This document shows positions 41,098 to 50,515 of a stretch of DNA of 64,000 bases, piece by piece. Made by a program: the position numbers and the translations under genes. Below the pieces are notes generated by a model. That model was not told the origin of the DNA, did no database searches, and worked only from the letters and a program-made list of their open reading frames with translations. The DNA is from Myxococcota bacterium (GTDB lineage Bacteria > Myxococcota_A > UBA796 > SXON01): assembly GCA_040386535.1 (NCBI GenBank), contig JAZKFH010000005.1, positions 247,365 through 311,364 on the forward strand. Direction: 5' to 3'. How positions within the stretch are numbered: position 1 is the stretch's first letter; each line of letters opens with the position of its first letter.

Positions 41098-43227
41098 CTA
41101 GTTGAGGCGGATCCGGACCGGCTCGCCCGGCGAGACCGCCGTGCCGGGCGCGGGGGCCTGCTCGGCGACGCGGCCGTAGCCGGCGACCTGCAGATCGAGC
41201 CCGGCGGGACCAAGGCCGGTGAGGGCGTCCCGCAGGGTGCGGCCGTGCAGATCGGGCAGGATCCAGCGCCCCTTGCCGTCCGCCACGAGCTCGAGGGGCA
41301 TCGCTGTCGCGCTCGCGCGGGCGAGGAGGGCGTCTTCGGGGTCGACCGGGGGCAGCGGCGGGAGGATCACGGGCGGGAGCGGCTCGCCGTCCGGACCCTT
41401 GGTGACGATCTGCTTGGGCTGCGGCGGATCGGGCTGGATGCCGAGGTACCGCATCGTGAACGTCGCGATGCTCGCGAAGGCCGGGCCGGCGACGATGCCG
41501 CCGTACTTGGAGCCCACGGTCGGCGTGTCGACGATCACCACGATGGCGACCTCGGGGCGGTCCGCCGGCAGGAACCCGGTGAAGGAGCCGATGCGCTTGG
41601 TGGGGCTGTAGACGCCGTTCTCGACCTTCTGCGCGGTGCCGGTCTTGCCGGCGACGCGGTAGCCCTCGACCCGCGCGCGCGTTCCGGTGCCGCCCTCGTC
41701 GATGACGGTCTCCATCATCGCGGTGATGGTGCGCGCGGTGTCCTCGGACAACACGCGGCGATCGGTGCGGGGCTCGCGCTGGGTCTCCACGGCGCCGTCC
41801 CCGTCGAGCACGGCGTCGACCAGCATCGGCGCCATGCGGACGCCGCCGTTCGCGATGGTCGCCAACGCCGCGGCCAGCTGCACGGGCGAGGCGGTGATGC
41901 CCTGCCCGAACGAGGTGGTGGCGAGCTCGATGGTGCGCACGTTCGCGGCGGTCCGCATCTGGCCGGACACCTCGCCCGGCAGGCCGAGCGACGTGGAGCG
42001 GCCGAACCCGAAGGCCTTCAGGTAGTCGAACACCTTGACCGGCCCGAGCATGAAGCCGAGCTTCGCCGAGCCGATGTTGGACGAGTACTTGATCACGTCG
42101 CTGACGGAGATCGCGCCCTTCGGATGGTCGTCGTGGATGGTCCGGCCGCCGATCGACCAGGCGCCGAGCTCGCAGTCGATGATGGTGGAGGCCGTGACCA
42201 GCCCCTCTTCGAGCGCGGCGGCGGCGACGAAGGGCTTCATGACCGAGCCGGGCTCGATCTGGTCCATCGCCGGGCGGTTCTTGAAGTCCTCCTGGCGCGC
42301 GCGCGAGCTCCCGTCGTTCGGGTTCCCGGCAGGGCGGGTGGCGAGCGCGAGCACGGCGCCGGTGTCGACGTCCATGACCACCGCCATCGCCGCCTCGGGC
42401 TTGGACAGGAGCATCGCCTCGTCGAGGGCGTCTTCCGTGGCGCGCTGGATCGCCGCGTCGATCGTGAGACGAACGGAGCGGCCGCCACGACGCAGCCGCG
42501 CCTCGTCCACGCCCGCGTCGATGGTGCGGCCCTTGCGGTCTCGCGCCTGGAGGATGCGGTACGTGTCGCCCGCGAGCTCGTTCTGCAGCACCTTCTCGAG
42601 GCCCGCTGCGCCGTCGTCCTTCGCGTCGGTGTAGCCGATGAGCGGCGCCGCGAGCGACTTGCCCGGGTACATCCGCATCGGCTCCTCTTCGAGCCACATC
42701 ACGTCGCGCGGCAGCCCGGCGACCAGCGCGCGCGCGGTGGCCGGGTCGAGGCCGCCGCCGAGGCGGACCTCCTGGAGGGTGCGCCCCTGCGCGTTCGTGG
42801 CGGCGAGCCGGCCCGCGACCCACGCCTCGGTGCGGCCCGTGGCGCTCGAGATCGCGGTCACGCGCTCCTGGGCCTGCTCGTTGGAGAGCTTCGCCGGGTT
42901 CGCGTAGAGCGCGGGCAGGCTCACGGTGTAGGCGAGCACGCGATCGTTGCGGTCGAGCAGGGCGCCGCGCTTGCCGCGCATCTCCACCGCGGACTGGAAC
43001 TGGTCCCGGCCGCGCTCTTCGAGCCGCGCGTCGGGCACCACCATGAGCCAGGACGACCGGATCGCGATGGCGAACAGCGCCGCGGCGATCCCGGCCAGCG
43101 CGATGCGGCCACGCCACCGGGTCTCGGCGAGCATGTTCGCGTCCACCTCCGCCGGGGTCGGCCGACGCGGACGCGGGGCGCCCCCGAGGGACGGCTGGCG
43201 GTAGCGGATGGGCGACTTCTGCTTCAC
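41098..43227 (-). CDS. ftsI: Class B PBP FtsI with C-terminal PASTA domain
   Basis: 'RGALLDRN', SxxK 'EPGSVMKP', SxN 'SSNIG', 'GKTGTAQK', PASTA 'LPDLHGRTLRDA'. Confidence 0.95.
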   Translation of the reverse strand: MKQKSPIRYRQPSLGGAPRPRRPTPAEVDANMLAETRWRGRIALAGIAAALFAIAIRSSWLMVVPDARLEERGRDQFQSAVEMRGKRGALLDRNDRVLAYTVSLPALYANPAKLSNEQAQERVTAISSATGRTEAWVAGRLAATNAQGRTLQEVRLGGGLDPATARALVAGLPRDVMWLEEEPMRMYPGKSLAAPLIGYTDAKDDGAAGLEKVLQNELAGDTYRILQARDRKGRTIDAGVDEARLRRGGRSVRLTIDAAIQRATEDALDEAMLLSKPEAAMAVVMDVDTGAVLALATRPAGNPNDGSSRARQEDFKNRPAMDQIEPGSVMKPFVAAAALEEGLVTASTIIDCELGAWSIGGRTIHDDHPKGAISVSDVIKYSSNIGSAKLGFMLGPVKVFDYLKAFGFGRSTSLGLPGEVSGQMRTAANVRTIELATTSFGQGITASPVQLAAALATIANGGVRMAPMLVDAVLDGDGAVETQREPRTDRRVLSEDTARTITAMMETVIDEGGTGTRARVEGYRVAGKTGTAQKVENGVYSPTKRIGSFTGFLPADRPEVAIVVIVDTPTVGSKYGGIVAGPAFASIATFTMRYLGIQPDPPQPKQIVTKGPDGEPLPPVILPPLPPVDPEDALLARASATAMPLELVADGKGRWILPDLHGRTLRDALTGLGPAGLDLQVAGYGRVAEQAPAPGTAVSPGEPVRIRLN

Positions 43228-43577
43228 CGGATGCCGACCTCGTTCACGTTGACCGTGGCGACGGGCGCCACGAGGGAGAGCGAGGCGGCGGTCTCGGCGA
43301 GGCGGCCCGGGTCGCGGAGGAGCGCGCGCTCGACCAGGAGGCGCTCGTGCAGGATCTCGGCGCGGGCGAGCGAGCTGCGCGCCGAGTCGAGCTCCAGCGC
43401 CGTGGCGCGGACGGCCATGCGCGTCCACACGCAGGCGGCGAGGGCCGCCGCAATGAGCAGCATGGCGACGAGCCAACGGAACATGAGCCGCAGCTCGGCG
43501 GGATCCGCCTCCAACGCAGTAGCGGTCGCGACGTGGCGAGCCTCGGCGCGCTGGGTGTCGACAGAGAGGGTGCTCAT
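43224..43577 (-). CDS. ftsL: Cell division protein FtsL
   Basis: TM helix plus coiled coil 'LLVERALLRDPGRL..A..L.L'; lies between rsmH and ftsI. Confidence 0.75.
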   Translation of the reverse strand: MSTLSVDTQRAEARHVATATALEADPAELRLMFRWLVAMLLIAAALAACVWTRMAVRATALELDSARSSLARAEILHERLLVERALLRDPGRLAETAASLSLVAPVATVNVNEVGIR

Positions 43578-44485
43578 GGGAGTCGCTCCAGGGCGCGAAG
43601 GCGGGCGGATCGGGCGCGGGGATTCGTGGGGTCGCGGTCCTCGCCCTTGCGGGCGCGGCGCTCGACGAGGCGGAAGCGCGGGGTCACGAGGGGGTGGCCG
43701 CGCATGTCGGTGGGCGCGCCGTCCCCCGCGAGGGTGCGGAAGGCCTGCTTGACCAGGCGGTCCTCGAGGGAGTGGAACGCGATCACGACGAACCTCCCGC
43801 CGGGCGCGAGGCACTCGGGCACCGCCTGGAGGACGGCGGCGAGCTGGCCGAGCTCGTCGTTGACCACCATGCGGAGGGCCTGGAACGTACGCGTGGCCGG
43901 GTGGATCCGGCCGTCACCACGGCCCACGGTGCGGGCCACGACATCGGCGAGCTCGCCGGTCGTGCGCAGCGGGCGCGCGGCCAGCACGGCGCGGGCGATG
44001 CGGCGGGCTTGCCGCTCCTCGCCGAGGCGGAACAACACGTCGACGAAGGTGGCCTCGTCCGTGTGATCGAGCCACGCGGAGACGGGCTCCCCCGACGAGG
44101 GGTCCATCCGCATGTCCAGCGGGCCGTCGTTCCGGAAGGAGAAGCCGCGCGAGGGCGTGTCGAGCTGCGGCGAGGAGACGCCGAGGTCGAGCAACACCGC
44201 GTCCGCACGGCGCCCGGCGAGCACCTCGGGGATGCGGGAGAACGGCGCGTGGTGGAGCTCGAGGTGTTCGCCGAACGGCTCGCCGAGGCGCGCGCGAACG
44301 GCCGCGATGGCCTCGGGATCCCGGTCGAGACCCACGAGATGGACGCCGTGCGCGAGCAGCGCTGCCGCGTGGCCGCCACGGCCGAGCGTCCCGTCGACGA
44401 CGAGCGCATCCGCGCGCGGTGCGCAGAGCTCGACGGCGTCGTCGAGCAGCACCGGCCGATGACCGTGTGGACCCGCGTCATGCAC
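43574..44485 (-). CDS. rsmH: 16S rRNA m4C1402 methyltransferase RsmH
   Basis: 'HRPVLL', 'DGTLGRGGH', 'DLGVSSPQLD...RGFSF...PLDMRM', 'FHSLEDR', 'NPRARSARLR'. Confidence 0.97.
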   Translation of the reverse strand: MHDAGPHGHRPVLLDDAVELCAPRADALVVDGTLGRGGHAAALLAHGVHLVGLDRDPEAIAAVRARLGEPFGEHLELHHAPFSRIPEVLAGRRADAVLLDLGVSSPQLDTPSRGFSFRNDGPLDMRMDPSSGEPVSAWLDHTDEATFVDVLFRLGEERQARRIARAVLAARPLRTTGELADVVARTVGRGDGRIHPATRTFQALRMVVNDELGQLAAVLQAVPECLAPGGRFVVIAFHSLEDRLVKQAFRTLAGDGAPTDMRGHPLVTPRFRLVERRARKGEDRDPTNPRARSARLRALERLP

Positions 44486-44903
44486 TGGCCCCTCCCCGTG
44501 CGAACTCGGCCGCCATCCAGGCGCCGAGCCGCGTCTCGTCCCAGATTTCGACGCGATCGGCCAGGGAGACCAGCACCGCGTCGCGATCGATGCCGGCGAA
44601 GGCGCGGAGGTTGGCGGGGAGGTTGACGCGGCCCTGCTTGTCGATGTCGACCTCGACGGCGAAGCCGAGGCGCAGGCGCTGCATGCGCTCCACCTCGGGA
44701 TCGAACGAGTCCAGCGCGAGGAGCGGGGCCTCGACGTTCTTCTTGAAGTCCTCCTTCGTGTACGCCCGCAGGTGGTCGCGGTGCACGATGCAAACGAGGA
44801 CGTTGGTGCCGACGTGATCGAGCTGAACCTTCAGACGCACCGGCAGCGTGATCCGACCCTTCGGATCCACGGTGAGTGGCGTGTTGAGGCGCACGTCGAG
44901 CAT
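44478..44903 (-). CDS. mraZ: Transcriptional regulator MraZ
   Basis: Two SpoVT/AbrB motifs 'VDPKGRITLP' and 'IDKQGRVNLP', 'RVEIWD'. Confidence 0.93.
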   Translation of the reverse strand: MLDVRLNTPLTVDPKGRITLPVRLKVQLDHVGTNVLVCIVHRDHLRAYTKEDFKKNVEAPLLALDSFDPEVERMQRLRLGFAVEVDIDKQGRVNLPANLRAFAGIDRDAVLVSLADRVEIWDETRLGAWMAAEFARGGASA

Positions 44904-44958
44904 CGGTCGAGCTCTCTCCCGGTGGGGGGCTCAGTCAACGAAGGCCTTCCGCTGACTT

Positions 44959-45078
44959 CCACATCCAACCACCGGTCACCCCAAAAAAGAAGCGAAAGGA
45001 TCGGTTGGCGCCCCAACCCTCTAACTTCGTTGGTGGATTTTTGTGGAGGAAAAGTGGGTGACGGTGGAGGACCGTGGG
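44959..45078. promoter_or_regulatory. MraZ-box arrays (GTGG every 10-11 bp) in the mraZ/smpB divergent region
   Basis: Plus strand GTGG at 45033, 45043, 45054, 45064, 45074; minus strand GTGG (CCAC at 44959, 44969) plus a degenerate copy near 44978. Confidence 0.75.
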
Positions 45079-45121
45079 GCCCCCGGGGTCCCGTTTGGCC
45101 CGGCCGCGATAGACGTGCGTC

Positions 45122-45592
45122 GTGAGCAAGGACCCCGCCCGCACCCGCCGCAACGTCTGCACGAACCGCCGTGCGAAGTTCGAGTACGAGCTCTTCGAGA
45201 CCTTCGAGGCCGGGCTCATGCTCGTCGGCTCCGAAGTGAAGAGCCTACGCAGCGGCAAGGGCAACCTGGAGGACGCCTACGTGGGCTTCGATCCCCAAGG
45301 GCACCCCCTGCTGATGAACGCCCACATCGCCCACTACGTGCAGGCCAACCTGCAGAACCACGAGCCCACGCGCCCCCGCCCGATGCTCATGCACCGGGAA
45401 GAGGTCCGTCGCCTCCGGCAGCGCGTCCGGGAGAAGGGCCTGACCCTCGTTCCGACGCAGATGTACTTCATCGGCCCGTGGATCAAAGTGGAGTTTGCCG
45501 TTGGTCGCGGCAAGAAGCTGCACGACAAGCGCGCCTCCATCCGCGAGAAAGAAGACGATCGCGAGGCCAAGCGGGCGATCCGCGGGCGCTGA
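45122..45592 (+). CDS. smpB: SsrA-binding protein SmpB
   Basis: 'NRRAKFEY...EAGLMLVGSEVKSLR', 'NHEPTR', 'GKKLHDKR'. Confidence 0.96.
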   Translation: MSKDPARTRRNVCTNRRAKFEYELFETFEAGLMLVGSEVKSLRSGKGNLEDAYVGFDPQGHPLLMNAHIAHYVQANLQNHEPTRPRPMLMHREEVRRLRQRVREKGLTLVPTQMYFIGPWIKVEFAVGRGKKLHDKRASIREKEDDREAKRAIRGR

Positions 45593-45658
45593 AGGTCCTC
45601 CCTCGGGGGCGATGGCAGGCCCGCCGTGATAGGCGCTGCCCCTCTCTTCGGAGCACGT

Positions 45659-46975
45659 ATGTCCAGAAAGCTCTTGCTCCTCGGTTTGCTGCTTGCCCCG
45701 CTGCCGGCCGCGGCCGCTACCGGAGGCTCCGCGAGCCTGGTCATCGGCGCGGCCGCCGCGGTTGTGTTCGTGTGCGCCGTGCTCGTCGGGATGCCGCGCA
45801 CGCGCGTGTGGGGCGTGGCCGCCGGATCGCTCGCGGGCATCGTGATCGCCGGCTACCTCACCGCCCAGCACGGGGGCACCGCCGCCTCCGTGTGCAACGT
45901 GAGCGACGTGTGGAGCTGCGACTCGGTCAACCGCAGCGAGTACGCCAAGGTCGGCACCGTGCCCGTCGCCCTCCTCGGCGTGGCCTTCTACGCCGTGATG
46001 GCCTGGCTCTCGCTCCGCAACGCTTCGGGCGGCGCCACCAAGGCGCCCGCGATGATGACGGTGCTCGCCGGGCTGGCGATCGTCTTCGATCTGTACCTCG
46101 GCTGGGCCTCCTCCCAGATCGGCGCCTTCTGCCCGCTGTGCGTGGCCTCGTGGGCGCTGAACGTGGTGCTGCTGGTCGGCGCTGCGCTGCTGTGGCGCTC
46201 CAGCCAGCCGGCCACCTCCCTGCTCGACGGGATCAAGGGCGAGCTGGGCAGCGTCGCCGTCGTGGGCCTGCTCACCCTGGTCGTGGGCGCCATGGCGTCG
46301 CGCGACTCGAGCGCGAAGCCCGGCGAGACCGGCGGCGCGGGCAACGGCGCGGTGGACCTGTCGCAGTACTACGAGCAGGTCACCGGTCGCATCGAGCTCG
46401 ACGGCACCGAGCCCGTCATCGGGGACACGAACGCGCGCTTCACGATGGTCGAGTGGGCCGACTTCGAGTGCCCGCACTGCGGGATCATGTCGGCGGAGCT
46501 CAAGGAGATCCTCGACGAGAACAAGGACGTGAAGCTCTACTTCAAGCACTACCCGATCAGCGACCGGTGCAATTCCTTCGTCCAGGGCGAGCGCCACGTG
46601 AACGCGTGCAACGCCGCCGCGGCGTCGGAGTGCGCCAGGCTCCAGGGCCGCTTCTGGGAGCTCTCCCGCCAGATGTTCAAGAACCAGGAATTCCTCGGCA
46701 AGGCCGACATCCGGTTCATGGCCGAGCAGCAGCAGCTGGACATTCCGGCGTTCGAGGCCTGCATGGCCGACCCGGCCACGGCCGAGGCCGTCAAGCAGGA
46801 CGTCGCCGCGGGCGGCGTGGCCGGCGTCGAGGGAACGCCGTCGATCTTCCTGAAGGGCGCCTTCGGGGATCAGTGGGTGCGGCTGAACGCGGGCAAGGAA
46901 GGCATCAACGCCGTCCTCGCCGCCGCGCGCGCCGGGCAGCCCCTGCCGGCCCCGCCGCCGCACGCCGAGCACTAA
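45659..46975 (+). CDS. VKOR family protein fused to a DsbA-like thioredoxin domain
   Basis: VKOR 'CNVSDVWSCDSVNRSEYA...GTVPVALLG...FCPLC'; DsbA 'ADFECPHC...GVEGTPS'. Confidence 0.88.
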   Translation: MSRKLLLLGLLLAPLPAAAATGGSASLVIGAAAAVVFVCAVLVGMPRTRVWGVAAGSLAGIVIAGYLTAQHGGTAASVCNVSDVWSCDSVNRSEYAKVGTVPVALLGVAFYAVMAWLSLRNASGGATKAPAMMTVLAGLAIVFDLYLGWASSQIGAFCPLCVASWALNVVLLVGAALLWRSSQPATSLLDGIKGELGSVAVVGLLTLVVGAMASRDSSAKPGETGGAGNGAVDLSQYYEQVTGRIELDGTEPVIGDTNARFTMVEWADFECPHCGIMSAELKEILDENKDVKLYFKHYPISDRCNSFVQGERHVNACNAAAASECARLQGRFWELSRQMFKNQEFLGKADIRFMAEQQQLDIPAFEACMADPATAEAVKQDVAAGGVAGVEGTPSIFLKGAFGDQWVRLNAGKEGINAVLAAARAGQPLPAPPPHAEH

Positions 46976-46976
46976 G

Positions 46977-47840
46977 GTGGCGCGGGCCTGGTTTGCCTAC
47001 GCCGTGACCCTCCCGCGTCCGGCGGTGGCCGCCGTCGGTCGAGGGCTCGTCGGGCTCGGCGCCACCGGGCTCCAGGAGGATCTCCCGGCCGGCGTCACCG
47101 TGAAGTATCGCCAGCCCTGGGACACCGGGCCCGTGCCGCGCGCCCCGAAGAAGGTGCGGCTCCGCGCGTGGTTCGACGTGCGCCCGGACGACGCCGCGAT
47201 GACGGGCGTGCTCGCCGGATGGGCGGCCGAAGATCCGGAGTGGATCGTCCAGGCCGAAGAGGACTGGGCGGAGGATTGGAAGCGCAACTTCCAGCCGGTG
47301 CACGTCTCCGAGCGGCTCGTCGTGGCCGCGCCCTGGCACGCGGTGCCCGGTGCGCTCGTCATCGAGCCGGGCAACGCCTTCGGCACCGGGGAGCACCCGA
47401 CCACGCGGGCCTGCCTGCGCGCGGTCGACCACTTCGCCTGTCCCGACGCGACCGTGCTCGACGTGGGCTGTGGCTCCGGCATCCTCGCCCTCGCCGGCGC
47501 CAAGCTGGGGATGCGGGCCCGCGGCGTGGACATCGATCCGGACGCCGTCACCGCCGCGCTCGACGCCGCGCGCGCGAACGGCCTCGACGTGGCGTTCGAC
47601 ACCACCCCCATCGCCGACGTGGAGGGCACCTACGATCTCGTGGTCGCCAACCTCTTCGCCGAGGTGCTCGTGGCGCTCTCGCCCGAGCTGCTGCGGGTCT
47701 CGAGCGGGCCCATCGCGCTGGCCGGCATCCTCGCTGACCGCGCCGACACGGTGCGGGCCGCGTTCGCGGGGCGCCGCGTCCTCGAGGACCGCACCGAGGA
47801 GGGCTGGGTGTCCCTCTGGTACGCCGGACCCGTCGGGTGA
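46977..47840 (+). CDS. prmA: Ribosomal protein L11 methyltransferase
   Basis: 'EDWAEDWK', 'IEPGNAFGTGEHPTT', 'LDVGCGSGILA', 'DLVVAN'. Confidence 0.93.
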   Translation: MARAWFAYAVTLPRPAVAAVGRGLVGLGATGLQEDLPAGVTVKYRQPWDTGPVPRAPKKVRLRAWFDVRPDDAAMTGVLAGWAAEDPEWIVQAEEDWAEDWKRNFQPVHVSERLVVAAPWHAVPGALVIEPGNAFGTGEHPTTRACLRAVDHFACPDATVLDVGCGSGILALAGAKLGMRARGVDIDPDAVTAALDAARANGLDVAFDTTPIADVEGTYDLVVANLFAEVLVALSPELLRVSSGPIALAGILADRADTVRAAFAGRRVLEDRTEEGWVSLWYAGPVG

Positions 47841-47841
47841 G

Positions 47842-47901
47842 CCGGATGAGCGTGCTCCGGAAGAGCGTGCTCCGGAAGAGCGTGCTCCGGAAGAGCGTGC
47901 T
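47842..47901. repeat. 4 x 15-bp tandem repeat (CCGGAAGAGCGTGCT)
   Basis: Copies at 47842 (one mismatch), 47857, 47872 and 47887; fills the prmA-rsmE spacer. Confidence 0.85.
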
Positions 47902-48603
47902 GTGAGGCGCCTCGTCGTCGCCCACGTCCCCGAGGCGGGCGAGCGTTGCACCGCGGCCGCGCGCGAAAGCCATCACCTGCTCCACGTCATCCGGGCGCGT
48001 CCCGGCGAGCGCGTCCGACTCGTCGACGGAAGCTCGGTCGCGGCCGTGGCGGTGCTCGAGGGCGCGGACGACGGGGGATGTGCCCGTTTCCTGGTGGTGG
48101 AGCGTCTCGTCGCGCCGCCGCCGCCGCCGCGCGTCGTGCTCCTCGGCCTCCCAAAGCCCGCGCTCCTCGAGGAGGCGCTCATCCTCGGCACCGAAGGGGG
48201 GGCGACCCGCTTCGTCTTCGTGCGTGCGCGCTACAGCCCGCCGGGCGAGCCGCGCGTGGATCGCCTCGATCGTGTGCTCCGCACGGCGGTCACCCAGTGC
48301 GGGCGCGCCGACGTCCCGCGTCTGGACGGCCCCTGGAGCCTCGCCGAGGCCCTCCGTGACCCCACCCTCCCCCTGGCCCGATGGCTCGGCACTCCTGGAG
48401 GGCCGCCGGGCGCCGGAGGCCCCGTGACTGTCGACAGCGACAACGGCGCCGCCGCCGTCGCGATCGGCCCCGAGGGCGGCTGGAGCCCGGACGAGAGCGA
48501 GGCGCTCACGACGTCGGGCTTCGCGCCCCTGGGGCTCGGCCCCTTCGTGCTGCGCACCCCGAGCGCGGTGGGAGCGGCGCTGGCGCGGCTCTGGGAGGGT
48601 TAG
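47902..48603 (+). CDS. rsmE: 16S rRNA m3U1498 methyltransferase RsmE
   Basis: 'HHLLHVIRARPGE', 'TQCGR..VP', 'IGPEGGWS..E', 'LGPFVLRT'; follows prmA. Confidence 0.88.
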   Translation: MRRLVVAHVPEAGERCTAAARESHHLLHVIRARPGERVRLVDGSSVAAVAVLEGADDGGCARFLVVERLVAPPPPPRVVLLGLPKPALLEEALILGTEGGATRFVFVRARYSPPGEPRVDRLDRVLRTAVTQCGRADVPRLDGPWSLAEALRDPTLPLARWLGTPGGPPGAGGPVTVDSDNGAAAVAIGPEGGWSPDESEALTTSGFAPLGLGPFVLRTPSAVGAALARLWEG

Positions 48604-48618
48604 GAGCGTTCGGGAGAT

Positions 48619-48966
48619 TCAGTCGCTCGTGATGACGACGGTGACGTCGATCGTCTCGCCGCTCGCGCCCACGCCCGGCATGGAGCGGTCCTGGCTGCGC
48701 CCGGTGAACCGGAAGCTGGTGCTGTCCGCGCGTGTGTAGTTGTTGGCCGAGAACGGGGCGCTCCCGGTCTCGTTGTGGCCACGGCCGCCCAGGTACGCGT
48801 CGCCATGGAGCGCGTACTCGCGGGCCCGGATGTGCGCGTTCTGCGAGGCCCAGGCGATGCTCCACAGGTAATACATCGCGACCATCACGAGCACGAGCAC
48901 CGGCATGAGCAGCATCGTCTCGACGGCGGACTGACCGAGGCGGCGGCGAAGCGTGGGGGCGCGCAT
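48619..48966 (-). CDS. TadE-like minor pilin
   Basis: Prepilin motif RRRLG|QSAVE followed by a hydrophobic helix. Confidence 0.75.
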   Translation of the reverse strand: MRAPTLRRRLGQSAVETMLLMPVLVLVMVAMYYLWSIAWASQNAHIRAREYALHGDAYLGGRGHNETGSAPFSANNYTRADSTSFRFTGRSQDRSMPGVGASGETIDVTVVITSD

Positions 48967-50075
48967 CAGTGCTTCACCTTGCTCATGTCCCAGATCTTCC
49001 CGTTGCGGAGGCCGTCGAGCTGGACGAGGTCGCGGGGGGTGACGGTGCCCTCGAGGTTCTCGTTCACGCCGGCGAGGCGCGCGCGGTACTCGTCGTACAT
49101 GGACAGCTCGGGGTAGGTCGTGCCGCGCGAGCGGTACACCCCGGTCGGCCACTGCATGTTGCCGTTCTTCTGGTTGCCGTTCAGCTCGCTGGGGCCGATG
49201 GAGCCGTCGTAGGGCTTGGCCACCGAGTAGGCGAAGATCTCGTCGGACCCGCCGGTGGACGAAGCGCCGAAGTAGCCCCCGTCGCTGCTACCGCTGCTGT
49301 AGGCGGTGTCGAGGAACTGCTTCTCGGGAGTGCCGCTCACGCGACCGGCAACCCACACGTCGGGATCGCGGTCCTCCTTGTAGAACCAGGACTTCAGGTA
49401 GGTGGTCGGGCCGAGCTGGGGCGGCACCGGGACACAGGCCCCCGCGGGGGTCGGGCAGGTGACGAACACCAGGTAGTTCATCGCGGTGTCGGTCACCTGG
49501 CGGATGTCCGCCACCGACGGCATCACCACCGAGCCGCCCATGTTCAGCCCAGCGTAGAGGTTCCGCGCGCCCGGAAACGTGGGCGATCCGGGGAACCCCT
49601 GGAAGAAGGTCACGTCGACGCCGGAGAAGTTCGCTTCCGCGGTGGCCTCGCCCGCCTGGATCGCCGGCCGAACGGTGCGGGTGTAGGGCGCGCGCGCCAC
49701 GAAGCGGCCGATCTGGACGTCGACCGCCACCTTGCACGCAGTCATCGCGATCTCGGCGATCTGGCTCTGGGGGACACACCCGCAGGGCACGGTCTCGGGC
49801 CACATCCCCAACATGGGCCCGACCTCCATGGTCTGCCGGCACATGTGCACCGCGTCGACGATGCCCTTGTTGAGCTCGACCAGCTCGTTGAGGGAGGCCG
49901 CCTCCGAGTAGGCCGCCGCGTACGTGGCGGCGTCCACCGTGGTCTGCATGCGGATCTTGTCGTTCACGACGGTGCCGACGTTCGTGGCCATCGCCAGGAG
50001 GAGCAACATCGCGAAGATGGACAGGGCCATGAGCACGGCCGCCTGGCCACGACGCGTGGTGGAGACGGTGCGCAT
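48966..50075 (-). CDS. TadG-like large minor pilin/tip protein
   Basis: RRG|QAAVL (no Glu+5), hydrophobic helix, 'NVG...K.RMQTTVDAATYAAA' Tad motif; Cys-rich body. Confidence 0.75.
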   Translation of the reverse strand: MRTVSTTRRGQAAVLMALSIFAMLLLLAMATNVGTVVNDKIRMQTTVDAATYAAAYSEAASLNELVELNKGIVDAVHMCRQTMEVGPMLGMWPETVPCGCVPQSQIAEIAMTACKVAVDVQIGRFVARAPYTRTVRPAIQAGEATAEANFSGVDVTFFQGFPGSPTFPGARNLYAGLNMGGSVVMPSVADIRQVTDTAMNYLVFVTCPTPAGACVPVPPQLGPTTYLKSWFYKEDRDPDVWVAGRVSGTPEKQFLDTAYSSGSSDGGYFGASSTGGSDEIFAYSVAKPYDGSIGPSELNGNQKNGNMQWPTGVYRSRGTTYPELSMYDEYRARLAGVNENLEGTVTPRDLVQLDGLRNGKIWDMSKVKH

Positions 50076-50494
50076 CAACAACCCGACCCGCACTGGTTGT
50101 CGCCGTAGCGGTTCGCCTTGTTCCCGTTCCCGGTCGTGCCCTCGTACCGGGCCTCCTCCGGCCCCGCGACCACGGTGACGTCGTAGTCGAAGTCGGCGAA
50201 CCCCGAGGTGAACGGCAGGTCCATCTCCCACGGCAGCTCGATCTTCACCGAGCCCGCCCCGGTGTTTGCACGCACGGTGGCGTTCTTGGTGACGTTGCCG
50301 TCGAGCAGGAGATCAGCGGCGTCCGTGGCCGACTCGCCCACCTGCTGCGCGCGGGCGGCCGCAAAGGCAGCGTAGTTCACGTAGTGCGTGCTCCCGAACA
50401 GGAACGCGAGTTCCACGATGAGGAACAAAGCCGCGAAGATGACCGGGATCATGATCGCGAACTCGACCGTGCTCTGGCCGCGGCGGGACATCAT
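50075..50494 (-). CDS. TadE family minor pilin
   Basis: RRG|QSTVEFAIMIPV...'VNYAAFAAAR'; GGAGG RBS. Confidence 0.85.
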   Translation of the reverse strand: MMSRRGQSTVEFAIMIPVIFAALFLIVELAFLFGSTHYVNYAAFAAARAQQVGESATDAADLLLDGNVTKNATVRANTGAGSVKIELPWEMDLPFTSGFADFDYDVTVVAGPEEARYEGTTGNGNKANRYGDNQCGSGC

Positions 50495-50515
50495 CGCGCC
50501 TCCGCTCGCCTCCCT

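Noticed and set aside
47842..47901. CRISPR-like array (also considered at 1184-1225 and 45033-45078)
   Set aside because: Units are contiguous or only 10 bp apart, with no unique 25-45 bp spacers and no cas genes.
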